Source of the DNA: Trichoplax adhaerens
Taxonomy: Eukaryota > Animalia > Placozoa
Direction: 5' to 3'
Assembly (NCBI RefSeq): GCF_000150275.1
Contig: NW_002060947.1
Span: 6,649,648 to 6,713,647, forward strand
DNA: 64,000 nt
Part shown: positions 1 to 12,577 of the stretch, piece by piece
Numbering within the stretch: position 1 is the first letter of the stretch
How the letters are laid out: every line of letters starts with the position of its first letter
Made by a program: the position numbers and the translations under genes
Notes under the pieces: model-generated
What the model was told of the DNA's origin: nothing
The model's database searches: none
What the model saw: only the letters and a program-made list of their open reading frames with translations

Positions 1-186
1 TATTAAAATCGAACTGTATTAAACATGCACGTATAGCAATATAACGCCATGTACGCATATTTGAATTAGCATCAATAATATTTATTTTACATCCTATACT
101 CTATAGAGTCTATAACAATAAATATGGATAATCAATATACGCGTATGCTATCGAAACTAAAATTTTTTGATCAGCGCTAAAATGAG

Positions 187-3099
187 TTAACGATTTCGGA
201 CGCTTAGTTTTAGTTCTATGTTCGTGTCTGGTGTAGCAATAAACTTGTTTATCATTCCCACTTCTACTTTATTTAAGCATTCGATTTCAAATTCTGACAC
301 CATCTGTATAAATATTGCATTAATGCCGTTATCAGTATAAACTATCGCAAAGTTATGAATATCAGAGATTTGAAATTTTTCAGTAGAGCAGTTTTAGCCG
401 ATAGTAAACAAGATATTACCCTTGCAACCAAAATTTGCATTTCAAGTTCCGCAATTCGACGTCCTATACACATTCGTGGCCCGAAGCCAAATGGAATATA
501 GTTGAATGAGTTGGTCTGACGGTTAGAAACTGATCGGATCCATCTTTCGGGCTTAATTTTATTGGGTTCTTCATAGATTGTTTCATCAAAAGACATCGTA
601 TAGTGTCCAACAGAAACTAGTGTCTACAAATGATAATTATAATCATGTCGTTGGAATATGTATTACTTCTAACTAATGAATGCTACTATCTTCTCTATAA
701 TGCAAGAATTTACAGTTGTAAATTTTATGCTAGCTATCAAGCTATACGGAGAATACTATAAAGGAGCAAATATTGACAAGTGTAATAGAGCATACGTTAG
801 CTGGAACTTGATATCCACTTAATACAAGGTTCTGTTGTAGTTCCCGAGCGGTGAAGATTACTACAGGATATATTCTAAAAGAATTTTAGTTAGAAATACT
901 TCTTAAATCTGCAAATTATAAATGAAGACATACAACCTCTGAACTTCCTTTATTAGTCCTCTTAAATATGGCATATTTTGAATCGCTTGAAAGTCTGGTT
1001 GTTCACCCTTCTTCACGTTACTTTGAATTTCTTCATAAATTCGTTCTTGTATGTTTTTATGTTTCCCCAGTACATAAAACGCCCATAATACTGTGTTAGC
1101 TGACTAGAAAAATGGAAACATGATGTAAATGATACTGTTATTGTATATATCCTATCTTCATTGATTATAAGTATGATATGTTCAACCATAAATCAGGAAT
1201 CTACAGATCGCAAATTATGTAATTTTTATCTTATCCTTATAGAATTTTGTCAAGGGTTATCGCAAATAAATCCTAATCTATTCTCATCTAGTGTAGTACG
1301 ACATACCAATACCACGTATATTGGTATTATAAGACTTACGGTATCTACAGCTGCCGTCATGAGTTCTATCAGGTTACTAGCAATTTCTTCATCAGTTAAT
1401 TCTCCACGAAGTAAAATGTACGGTAAAAATTCCAAATCATTGAGACGACTTGGACTAGTGGTCCTGTCGATATCAATTCCTTTTCCATCATTCAATGCCT
1501 GGCGTGCCTCGTTAATTAGCTGGCCACCAACCTCGAATAAAGTATCCCAATAACCACAATATTGTTTCCAATATTTAGTCTTTATGTATTTATAATAAGG
1601 AGGATAGAATAAGAGTTCATTGGTTGCATTCAACATTTTTAGAACATTATCGTAGAAAATGGCGGCAATCGGTGTCGGAGGATCATTGAATGCACCAAGA
1701 CTTTTACTGAATAAAACAGTATTGATAGCTTGAAAAAATAACCAAAGAGCATGAAATTGTAGAAGATTGCATCAACTTACTAAATACACCAAACTGTAAA
1801 GTGCAATATTTTTAATTGGCTATTTGAATCCCTTTCATTGATATTAACATTTATAGTTATGGACTAGAGTTGAGAGCTAACGACTTAGCCAGGAAACTAT
1901 CTACCGTAGGCAATGTACTATACTTACTTTCGAAAGACCACTTGAATAAATAATTTCTAATATTGCTCATTTCTCCAGTAGCATGATCTCCAGTCCATTC
2001 CGTTTTAATTAAATTAATAAAACTAGTATCGACATCATTCATTCTGCCACTATAGCGACTAACATCTTTGAGCCTCAGTAATTTCTTATCTATAACACTT
2101 CGAGATTTACGCCATTCTTCGCCTTCACTAAATGATATCAAGGTACAGTATATGAGTATTTCATGTGAATGTGATTATGTAATTAAGCTACTATTATTGT
2201 AATATCTTATTTGTTACCTTGAACTATCATACGATATTATAATAGCTAACTTTTAACTGAGTGTAAACGCTAGAAAATTGCAATTAATGTACCCATTTGG
2301 AAAAGAAGAAAAAACATAAGCTTATAGCTGTAGATTAGCTCGTCTGTATTTATTCCCTAGTATAAATGATCGTTCAAGAATTGGTCTAGCAGTAAGCTTA
2401 CTGTACAGCATTGTCGTTGTGCCTTTTCATTGTTTGTCATCGACTGCAGATTACAGGTAGTTAGTACTAATCAATATTATGCAGTTGTATTTGTACTATA
2501 CGTGATTGTGCAGTGTACAATATAAGTTAGGATTTCTTCAGATTTATTGCTAACTCTATTGCATCCCTAAAACTAAGTTAGAGTACTGCAGTAGATCATC
2601 CTTTGATGATGAAATTTAGTGTGTAGCATAACTTCGTATAAGGTTGCATCATCTCTATTTTGTATTGCTACCCGATAAGAATTCCTTTTGCTTTCTTTCG
2701 CTGCTGTCGGTAAATGATCCATGGATAAACTGGACCTCGGCTAGGGTATTTGCCTTCTACTTTAAAGACTTTTGCGACATCTTCCGGTTTGGTAACCATG
2801 ACATAATGCGTTGATCCGATGGCTTCTTTATAGATTGATCCAAACCTTTCTTTACTGTCTAACATTAAGAGATGTGGTCTCTGCAAATAAAAGCGATCAT
2901 TTTTGAGGTATATCAATAGCGACCCAAAGCCTGGGATTCCTCGATGACCAGGTATTTCACTGAATGGTTTAGCATTGGCATATTCATCCGTTTGTTGGCT
3001 ATCCACGCTTTCAGCAGTTGTCGAAGTGGTTGCAGTAGCATAGAAATGGCATGAAGATAAAGCAGTAGTTTGGCTACGACGAGCTACTCGAAGAAGCAT
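187..3099 (-). CDS. Cytochrome P450, mitochondrial clan (CYP11/24/27-like), 7 exons
   Basis: Exons read with GT-AG boundaries and consistent phase: 3099-2672, 2127-1928, 1728-1340, 1103-937, 874-796, 623-420, 303-187 (TAA). Motifs: Arg/Ser/Thr-rich presequence MLLRVARRSQTTALSS, PFSEIPG, C-helix WRKSR, I-helix AAVDTSANT, K-helix LRGLIKEVQR, PERW, heme motif FGFGPRMCIG. Confidence 0.93.
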
Positions 3100-3403
3100 G
3101 ATCGTTAACGAGCAACTTGGCCAACGTCCAATAATGCTTAATGTTGGATGTAAACAATCCAATGAAACACACAAGCCAATACACAATACTACTGTAGAGG
3201 TTAAGTGAGAGGAGAAATCACTGAAGAAAGGCTTTAGTAAGCGAGATGTTGAGCGATTCGTCGTTTTGATAAAGCGTTTCCAAGGCAATTACTCAATGCA
3301 TTTAGTTAACATAGCCTAGCTTAACCTCCATCTCTGCTACCTGTGTTGCATCCGAGATGATTGTTAATTTGTTTATGTACTGTATTCTGCTTGCCTTGGA
3401 GGC

Positions 3404-4515
3404 TACAGTACTGTCCACTGTACTGTCCAGTACAGTACAGTACAATCGTCTATCCAACTTCTTGAGATAATAATAATAATAATAATAATAATAATTATAA
3501 TAATTGACCCAATTCTTGAGTATAGTACTGTACAGTACAGTACAGGTTTGAGTGAAAAGTAGCGCCTATGCCACAGTACTGTACACTAAATGACAGTGTA
3601 CAGTACAAGAGGTTTTTCTCCTATCGTAGCAACTGCATACTGATAACGATGTACAAAGATGGTTTTTTAACTACAATACTAGAGCATGAGAGACGGATGG
3701 GGAAATGGCTGATGTTCCGTGTAATAAAACAGATCAGTAGTGCTTACATGTTTGATCGAGAGATCACTGACTATTTTTTCCCTTAGGTCTTTCGCTGTGG
3801 CAGTAATGAGTACTGTACAGTAGTACAGTACTGTGGACGTTAGCCAGTTTTAATGAACGAACGTACGAACGTCCAATTTGAACGTCGGACGTTCATTGAA
3901 CGTACAGTAGCAACGTGCACAGTGTACAGTGTTAACACTACAGTATACTGTATACATAGTGTACTGTACAGTACGGTATAAGACTATACAGTACAGTACT
4001 ATACTGTACACTGTACATACAGTAGTACTGTAGTCATGACTCTGAAATACAAAGTGTTGTAAAAGACGTTTGTACTGTACTACTGTACTGTACACTGTGA
4101 GTGTACAGTATGTATAGTATTGGGGTGGGATTATACAAACTGACTGTATACTGTACACTGTACAGTACAGTTCGTCGACGTCCGATCTGACAACGAACGT
4201 ACATACCGAACGTCCAAAATCGAACGTCCGTTGGACGTCCAATCGCTCGACGTCTACAGCACTACTGTACGGTACAGTACAGTACAGTACAGTACAGACT
4301 CCGGAACTTGATCTCTGTACTGTACACTGTATACTGTAAGGTCTTTCGCTGTGCAGTACGTACAGTACAGTACAGTACTGTATGTTGCAACTTACAAGGC
4401 AGTACAGTACTGGCTCCAGAACTTGATCTCTGTACATACAGTACTGTACTGTACGTACAGTACTGTACTCTACAGTCTACAGTACAGATACTGTACATTC
4501 TCGAAGTACTGTACT
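3404..4515. repeat. CAGTA/TACTG pentamer-rich low-complexity array, with an (AAT)n tract near 3468-3503 and internal GAACGT-rich direct repeats
   Basis: Dense tacagtacag/tactgtactg runs in both orientations. Duplicated blocks gtctttcgctgt (~3788, ~4341), ga(a)cttgatctctgtac (~4303, ~4418) and aacgaacgtac..gaacgtccaa (~3856, ~4192). Confidence 0.85.
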
Positions 4516-4530
4516 GATGGCGAACCATTC

Positions 4531-4547
4531 CCAATCAACAGCACGTG
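4531..4547 (+). promoter_or_regulatory. CCAAT box plus E-box (CACGTG) upstream of IFRD
   Basis: ccaat at 4531-4535 and cacgtg at 4542-4547, ~240 bp upstream of the IFRD ATG. Motif match only. Confidence 0.4.
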
Positions 4548-4773
4548 ATTGCTCGATCACACTGTCACGTTACAGTATCAAACACGGCAGCAAGTGCAGC
4601 CAAACTGGGCAGTTGCACTCCGCTCGGTTTTCTTCGGTCAAGAAAGCCGACTGCATCGTTAGAAAGTAAAGTAAAAGCATCTCATTAACACTAAACGTGT
4701 TCACTTTCTTGCATCCTTTGCCAGCATCATTATTGCTATCAAGCTCAAGCCCGCAATTACAATTACCCAACTC

Positions 4774-4803
4774 ATGAAGCAATATGCCGAGACGTCGAAA
4801 TAA
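4774..4803 (+). other. Out-of-frame upstream ORF (MKQYAETSK*) overlapping the IFRD start codon
   Basis: ATG 4774 ... TAA 4801-4803. The main ATG at 4784 is in a different frame. Confidence 0.6.
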
Positions 4804-7800
4804 CAAAGGTATTCAATCATTTCTACTTTTTCATGGGTCCAGTTGTCCTTCTTCATTCATTGATCTAGAAAGTGGAGTGTCATCGTGACCAAATGGGTCT
4901 CATCGCCGGCACCACTTTCATCATCATTATCATCGCGATTGAATTATTTAAAACGTTATGACTGTATGTACAGTAGGATGATGCGACACTTACTACGATA
5001 AGCTTACTAAAAGGCAAGAAATCATGATAGTAAAATGAGTTAATCAGTAAAGATCAATCAAGGGTAGAATCAGTCGTACAACACGATGTGGAACACCATT
5101 CGCTTACCTGCTTCCAATCGGTATCAGTTTGTATAGAGTAATAGACTGGAGCACTCGTTGACAACCGGTGTTTTGCACATAGCCACCTCGGTGCCAGCAT
5201 GTGCGCCGCGATCTTCACATTCCAATGATGCATACGATAACTCGTGACGGAGTAGGAGTGACTATTTTGATTATCAATTTATAAAAAGAGATCGCGATCA
5301 CTATCCAATACATGGCCAATAATTTCAATCACTATTTGGTTATTCCTTTTCCATGTCTTTTTGGATAAAGGAAATGCAAGTTTACAATCGTGCATATCTA
5401 TTTTGTTGTCATCAATTTTAGTCCTGATTTGGTGTCGTAGTCAGATCGCCTTTAGCCCGTCATGCTGCAAAATACGATACTGTACTACCATTTATAGCCC
5501 AGTGTTGTCTACCCTCGATGGGATCAACAAGCATATGCATTTAGTCCATTTTTTCCATCAAATTCTAATCTTGCTTTCAATGGTGGCCAACGATGAAAAG
5601 TCTGCCAGTTCTATGCATCGACTAGACTCCGTCTGAGGGTAGAATAGCCATAAAAGTTTTAAATGAATACAGACAAGGAAACTGATGACTAGTTCGAGGA
5701 GGAGTATATTTTAATAACATCAACGATAATGTAGAATCCTCTCTAGGCCTGGATTTCAAAAATAATCCACTACTGTGATATAAGTCACTCATGGTCTTTT
5801 GATACTACTAGAAAATTTATTCTTTCAAAGATGTTGTAGATCGGTACAAATTTCTATCATGAAGGAAAACGATTGAATTTTGGACATTCATTCTATATAG
5901 ATACTGATGTATTACTGCAGGTTGTACCAGTACTATGGACACTAGTTAGGGTTCGGGGGTTAGTTCACAAAGTTGAGTGCATACGATTACGCCACGACGA
6001 CACCAGACACCGACTGGTATTACTGCAATAGTTTGATTCTAATTTTGGATTCTAAATCGATATTTAATATGTTACTACATACCTAGAAGTACGCTAACTA
6101 CCATGTTATTATTACATGAAAACAAGCGATTAACAATACAAATGATGGTGGCAAGAAAGTATTTTGATTCTGATTATTACTGTGGGTGTCTTTTATACAC
6201 TGTATTATTACCATACAAGTTGGACGAATGCCAATGATGCAATGACTCTTTTCCCTTTTTGATCATATAATGATTCTATAATTATTGTTCAATCCACTCA
6301 CACAGTACTCAGGTGTTTCACAGCTGAAGAATTAAGATTCACGACGTTAAAATTGAATCTAGACTGGCAATACAATACTGTAACTACATGCCACACGAAA
6401 TGAAATAATTTGAATTATTATTATTATGGCTACAATTAATATGTACAGTACTGCCTATATTATACAATTACAACCACCAGTGTCTTGTTGATTAGCATCC
6501 CGCAATGTCGAAACATTAATCTTTTTCTAGAACATAGAGGCTTTTATCACATCTTATTGATTTAGCGCCAATTTGTCGTATTGCACAACACAGTATCGTA
6601 CGTAGTTGGGCGATCAAATTCAGGAATGATAAATGTGCCTATGTAACGGATAAGCTGTGCGCGTGCCGATTTTTTAACTTTTCAATAAAATAATTATAGT
6701 ATCACTCATCGTAATAAAAAATGCATGCACTTTACTTTGTTTAGAAACTATTTGTATAATGATACCATTTAAAATTTGAAGGTGGATTGAATTGTCAAGG
6801 ATTTGGATTCGTGTCAAATCTATTCAATTCAGTAATAATTACAGTTTTTAAGTTTACACTGAAATTCAATGTACCAACAAGCAGACACATACCAGCACAA
6901 AATCATTAAAAACCCGAGCACGGCGTGATTGAAAAATGATCCTAGAATGTATTAGAATTCACAATAAATTAGTGCATGAGTTCGATCTGATTAATTATTG
7001 AAGCTTACTGTGTTGATATCGGATTGTCATGTACTATATACAGTATGCAATGCGATATCAACCATTAAAGACGTGCTTTTAATTACATTGGTAACAATAA
7101 CATGAAAATGACCATTTAATTTGGTCGATTTTATGCTCATAATATGACATCCATTCTACCTTAATAGGAGATCGAGATCACCGCTCAAACAATCATAAGG
7201 ATTGCTATGATGAGGACGACAACGATGAATCTGTTGAACATATGAGCACATGCAGCTCTTTCACCAGTAAAAGTGATGAAGGTATTTCCCAGATTCTATA
7301 TTAAGTATTTCTCAATGGTAAAATGATATTATCTATTCTCTATTTACAACTCTCTGGAGAAGAATAGTTGCAGAACTTTATCTACATAGTACAGTGCTAA
7401 CACTTATGTATTGTAATAAACTACGGTATTGTTTTTTGTAGTATACGATGTACATTCCTGCAAGCATGACTTTACAGCTATAGATTTTTAAAAGTGACCG
7501 AAAACTCTATCTTAGCGTTATTATTTTTTAATTCTGCAACTTTTACTTCGCAATCATTACTAATTTTTGTGACGAATTATAGTAGTATCATTGATAATCG
7601 TTTCGAGTGCGTTGTTACATCTTTACATAGACGTTCTGTACTATATATTGGAGTATTGATCTCTTTTCAATTGACTCTATGTATGTATAACACAGAATTG
7701 ACCGCTTCTGGAGGTGAAACTGAAAATGCACAAGTGGAAATTGAAAATGCATTAGTGGATGCTATAGAAGAACTGTATGATAAAAGGTGACGAACTATTT

Positions 7801-10131
7801 CTATACTTAAGCAAAGTCGGCCAGTATGCATATTATTATACATGTGTACGTGTGTACTGTATACAGTTAGCCAGGAAACAACTAATATAAGGGATGATTT
7901 TAAGTTCTGAACTTACAGTAATCATCATTGATAATTGATTTATTGTCGCATCAGGATGAAGGCAACTGCCTTACAGGCCGTTAATAAAATTTTGTCCAAA
8001 TCCGTCATGACAGAATTTGTGGAGAAAAGGTACGTTTGCCACTCATACCAGTGCAATCCCGCTCGTAATACGCATGTAGCTCTGATAATGTTCGGTTCCT
8101 TTACTAGGCAAGAAACACTGGCATCCCACGCAGAAAAATATGTGAAAAAAGGTAACTTTCAAGTTTATGTTGTAATACCAAATTCATTGTAATGTATCAA
8201 TAATGCAGTGTACACGTACTAAGTAATTATAATTATCAGAAATTAGATTAGCTACCTGATATTTAGAATTTTAATTGTCAAATTTTGTCTGCAAAATCTG
8301 CTTCTAGGCCAACAAAAAGAGCTGGAATTGTCTACAAAGCTAATGAGTTTGCTCTTTATCCAACTTGGCACTGATAGTAGTCGGCTATTTTCAGAATTAA
8401 AACCCACGCTAATGGCTCGTCTGCGTGATACTTCGCTGAATCCTTCAAGTAGAGCTTCAGTTAGTATTATACTATAAATTCATACAGTTCATACTCTTTG
8501 ATGTTTACCTAGCGCTACTGATAACACGTAGAATTGTACTACTTCATGAGGCGTAACTAATTACTATATTTACAACTACACATAGTGTATAACAGCCTTG
8601 GGATTGTTGACCTTTGTCGCCGCTGATAGTCCAGTAAGTGTATAAAATTGAAATTACATAATAATGATTATGCATTACTAATGTTCGTAAATCAATTTTT
8701 TCATAGGATACGATGGATCTTATGGAGACTCTGGAAGCTTTTTTCTATTTTACTGACAGCAAACTAGATGGTATTATATCAGCATCGCTTTCAGCTTGGT
8801 CTCTTCTTCTTTCTGCTGTACAGACCCCATCGAGAAATAAGCTCATCCATGAGTATGTCTGATCTTACAACTCTATTCCCTCATTGTAGTTAGAGTTCGC
8901 TTTAGTAATTGTTTAATTAACAAAGTTTTAGAGCTAATGTTACACTGCTAGTTAATATCTGTTTTTTTTTCTGCTATGTTTTATAGAGTATTACCGAAGC
9001 TAAAGAAATCGTTAGGCCACAATAATGTTGATGTTAGGATCGCAGCTGGCGAAACAATTGCCTTAGTTTGCGAGGTTTTAAATGCCGATACGGTAACCTT
9101 TATGCATTAAAATTTCTTTTATGAAATCTTGTACATGCCCCTTCTACTATCCTTGTGCTGATGCCTTCTAAACGTATCGTATAAATTTACAGGACGATAT
9201 TTATCCTTTCGACGAAATTTGTACGATGCTGGAAGCATTAGTTGCCGATTCGAGCAAGTTAGTATTTATTATACCATGCTTCATCCTGATGGCTACATTC
9301 TATGAGCATATATAAAAGAAGCATGTTGCTATGATTTACAGGCGGCATGCAAAAAAGGATAGAGCTCAACAGAGATCTGCCATTCGTGATGTCTTGCATT
9401 ATATAAGGGTAAATAATGTGCCTAATAAAATTTATCAACTCGCATAGTAAATGTTGCACAATCGTCACTATTTTATGTCTTACAGCAATAAACAGTAGAT
9501 TAACTTGTAATTTAGGATGGTCAAGAATTAGAAGAATGTGTAAAGTTTGGTCAGGAAACTCTTGATATTGATTGCTGGTCAAGGTGATTTTATCAAGACA
9601 TTATTATTTTCCTTTGTAGAATTTGCACTTACAACTGAATACTTTGGAATACTATGATGATTGACATTGCTTAAAATTAAATGTTATCGGTGCTCAAATA
9701 GGCGCGTACAATACAATTACATTCGAACTATTTTGGGAGGTGGTACAAATGCCCATTTGCAAGTAATTAATAGTGCTCAGTTACATTTTAAATTTTAGAC
9801 CTAATTTTTGATATGAAGTACAAAAATATTGCGCAGCGGTATGACAAAACAAACTTGTAATGATAACCCTATTATAGAGCAATGAATTTGTCCGGGAAGT
9901 ATTCGACTTAGGTAAGGTGTTGCCAGCAGATTTTAAATTGGAGAAAGGATCGCGTTCAGAGAGGGTAGGTGTACTGCAATTGATTAATTCTATTTTGAAT
10001 AAATTTTGAACGTTTTTAATGAAACTGATTGTTCGTATTTCATTATGCAGAATTATTACAACAGTTTAGCAGCGAAAGCTAGAACTAAAGCTAGAAGTGT
10101 ACATAGAGATAAAAGAGCAGACGTTTATTAA
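4784..10131 (+). CDS. IFRD1: Interferon-related developmental regulator (IFRD1/IFRD2 family), ~15 exons
   Basis: Exon1 4784-4808 MPRRRNNK; exon2 7168-7281 DEDDNDESVEHMSTCSS; exon3 7696-7786 ..DAIEELYDKR. Later exons give LLFIQLG, LSAWSLLLS, VRIAAGETIAL, KKDRAQQRSAIRDVL, FGQETLDIDCW, NEFVREVFDLG and the terminal KARTKARSVHRDKRADVY* typical of IFRD. The exon 1 assignment is the least certain part. Confidence 0.92.
4960..5328 (-). pseudogene. Possible degraded rhodopsin-class GPCR fragment (TM3-TM5) antisense within IFRD intron 1
   Basis: Minus strand 5328-5215 reads LKLLAMYWIVIAISFYKLIIKIVTPTPSRVIVCIIGM*, then after a frameshift IAAHMLAPRWL..VYYSIQTDTDWKQ, and later DFLPF. Recognised by eye only. 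Confidence 0.3.
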
Positions 10132-11928
10132 GTAAACAACTGATCTCTGTGCTGGTGGATTTTTTAAATGATGGAATCAAAATTTTAATTTTGAGACGTG
10201 ATTGATTGATATTAGTACCAGTTAAAACGCTGATTTAGCACAAAGTGGTTGCGTGTTTTGGTATGAAATACTATGCTACAGTATATATACATATATATTG
10301 ACTAGAATTGTTAGCTCAGTTAAGTTGAAAAATACTTTGCTGTCATATATGGTTTATTATGAATTTGCAAGAAATAATATATATTGTATAAAAATAATAA
10401 TAAGATGTGCCATAGTACGGAAGGGTTTGCTACTAGTTAACCGAGAATCGTATGTAAAGCGAGCCGTGTACAGTATTAACGATTATACTTATAACTATGC
10501 GCGTGTAGAGCAAGTGATAGAGAAAGAAAATAGCAATGGCAGCCATATGCGAATATTTCTTAGTAATAGATAGACTGATATTGCAGCGCCGCGCCCCAGT
10601 AAAGTAAGTTACTATGTCCAACGAGAGCTGGCAAGCGGTACAAATTTTTTAGAGCTTTAAGCAATTTTATTACTATTCATGATTAATCGATGTGACGATT
10701 GTATAACATCAAAAGTGAATTTTTACAGAAACTATTGTATTTGTTAAAGCAAGCAATATGTTGTTAATGCCGTTAGCTACCGGGTAGCATAGTAAACGCA
10801 AATTCTGACGATAAAATAATAGGTGTACTGTACCTACTACTTACCCTAGTTTAAATTGACTTGTAGAGCATGATTGCATCTACTGCTGTATGGAAATGCC
10901 GCTCGTTTATTGTAAGCTTGTCAATTGTTACATTGTCAGATGCTGTAAATTTATTTTGTTCCAACTCGGTATATTTTTATATAACTTTGGACTCACTCTA
11001 TGTTTTTATTCTGGTAGAAATTATGGCAATGAGAATTTTTGTTTTTGTTACATTGCAGAATAGTCAATTTGCAGTCTTTGCTTGTTGAAACAATTTTAAA
11101 ATGCCTTGGAATAGTAGGCAGATTTTGTCTATCCCGACTAAGAAAGTAGGGACTATAAAGACAGACAATGATATTGTCATATTTGACGTTGTGATCATTT
11201 TCGTAATGCATGATTTTCATGCATAAATATTTCACAATACTTTAATCGTCCATAGACAACGACTAATGATCATCTTAACTTGTAACATTACCCTTAAACG
11301 TATTGTAATATTACAGCAGCTATAATAAAGCTTTTCATAAAGTGGGCATCGAGTATTTGCTAAATTCATGCTTAGCGATTAAACACTTTTGAATTACTCA
11401 TTACTACAGACTCGATAGACTAATATAGAAAGACCAATACTTTCTTTTATCAGATCGATCAACGCCAACACACGACTAACTACTGCATATGGGTATCGTA
11501 CTGTAGTACTCTGTATCTTGAGGGCAAATTAGCGAAATATCGTGGGCAGGGAGGGTGTTTGTCTAGTCATGTAAAATAATTCTACGCGTATATCTTTCAG
11601 ATAAGATGATAGTATGCGCGTCTTTACTGTAAATATATATATAAGACCAAAATGGTTGAAAGATATTCAGCCTTAAATTATATCTTTAAATTTTAAAGAA
11701 ATAGACTTTAAACTTGGCTAAAATTGACGAAGATAGATCAGGACAGACTTGAGCAATTGGCGCTCGATGTTTTTTTATTGCGGTATTGAGTCAATTTTAT
11801 TAATTTCAAGTTTCTAATACAAACTATCAGTCAGCCGTACATGTACGGCCGGTCTAACCATACATATTACTCGTCACGTCGTCATACTGGTCTATAGCAG
11901 GGTTTTACGTCGGGTCCCAAATTAAGTC

Positions 11929-11994
11929 ATGGCCTACTAGAAATTCTTTATAAAATATTTATTCAATTTCTAGTTTCAATTTCTAGTAGTCCAT
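11929..11994. repeat. 66-bp element bounded by 17-bp inverted repeats (1 mismatch)
   Basis: ATGGCCTACTAGAAATT ... AATTTCTAGTAGTCCAT. Confidence 0.55.
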
Positions 11995-12577
11995 ACTAAA
12001 TACTCCAGCATACGCACTGTACGTGAAGTGTCACGAGCGAGATATTCTACTAGTATTTCTGTAATATATATACAGTATATTATAATGAATGACTGCTATT
12101 TTCAGCTGTAAATAAAACCAATTGCAAGTTGAAAAGCATTCAATCCACTCGACAACAGCGGATTTCCTTGGAATCGCAAAGGCTAGAGGCCCTAAAACAA
12201 ATGCTTTTCTCGACAGACTGACAGAGCATCGGACTACGATGGATTAACTCGACTTCTACAGTATTCTAACTAACTCTCTATCAGAGGGAAAAGATAGATA
12301 CTTTTTCCCCCTTGAGTTATCCCTGCATTTATCATGGATAAAATTCGTTATTACATCATATACTGTACAGTACTGTATTGTTGCGGTCCTTTCAATGCAT
12401 TCGCTGTCAAAATTTGTATCTAACGACAGGGAAGTAAGCACAGCATTAAGCTGCACCATGAGCACTGAACAGGGACATGGACTACTACAAAAAAATAGTA
12501 ATCTATGACAGGGACTATGAACTCTACAATCTTAGTCATGTTAGGCTAGGTTAAGGGGAAGATTGAAAGCCAGTTTA

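Noticed and set aside
1161-1553. 130-aa plus-strand ORF, and antisense or alternate-frame ORFs over RBM15, RRP9 and the TRPA exons
   Set aside because: Shadows of the real coding exons, with no independent motifs.
3100-3288. N-terminal extension of the CYP ORF from a TTG start
   Set aside because: ORF-finder artefact; the ATG at 3099 starts a convincing mitochondrial presequence.
3850-4548. Cys/Tyr/Thr/Val-rich ORFs (up to 195 aa) on both strands, and similar ORFs at 12575-13780
   Set aside because: They are translations of the CAGTA/TACTG pentamer repeat (YCTVQYSTV); no domain or splice structure.
5945-5963. Telomere-like ttagggttcgggggttag
   Set aside because: Only one true TTAGGG unit.
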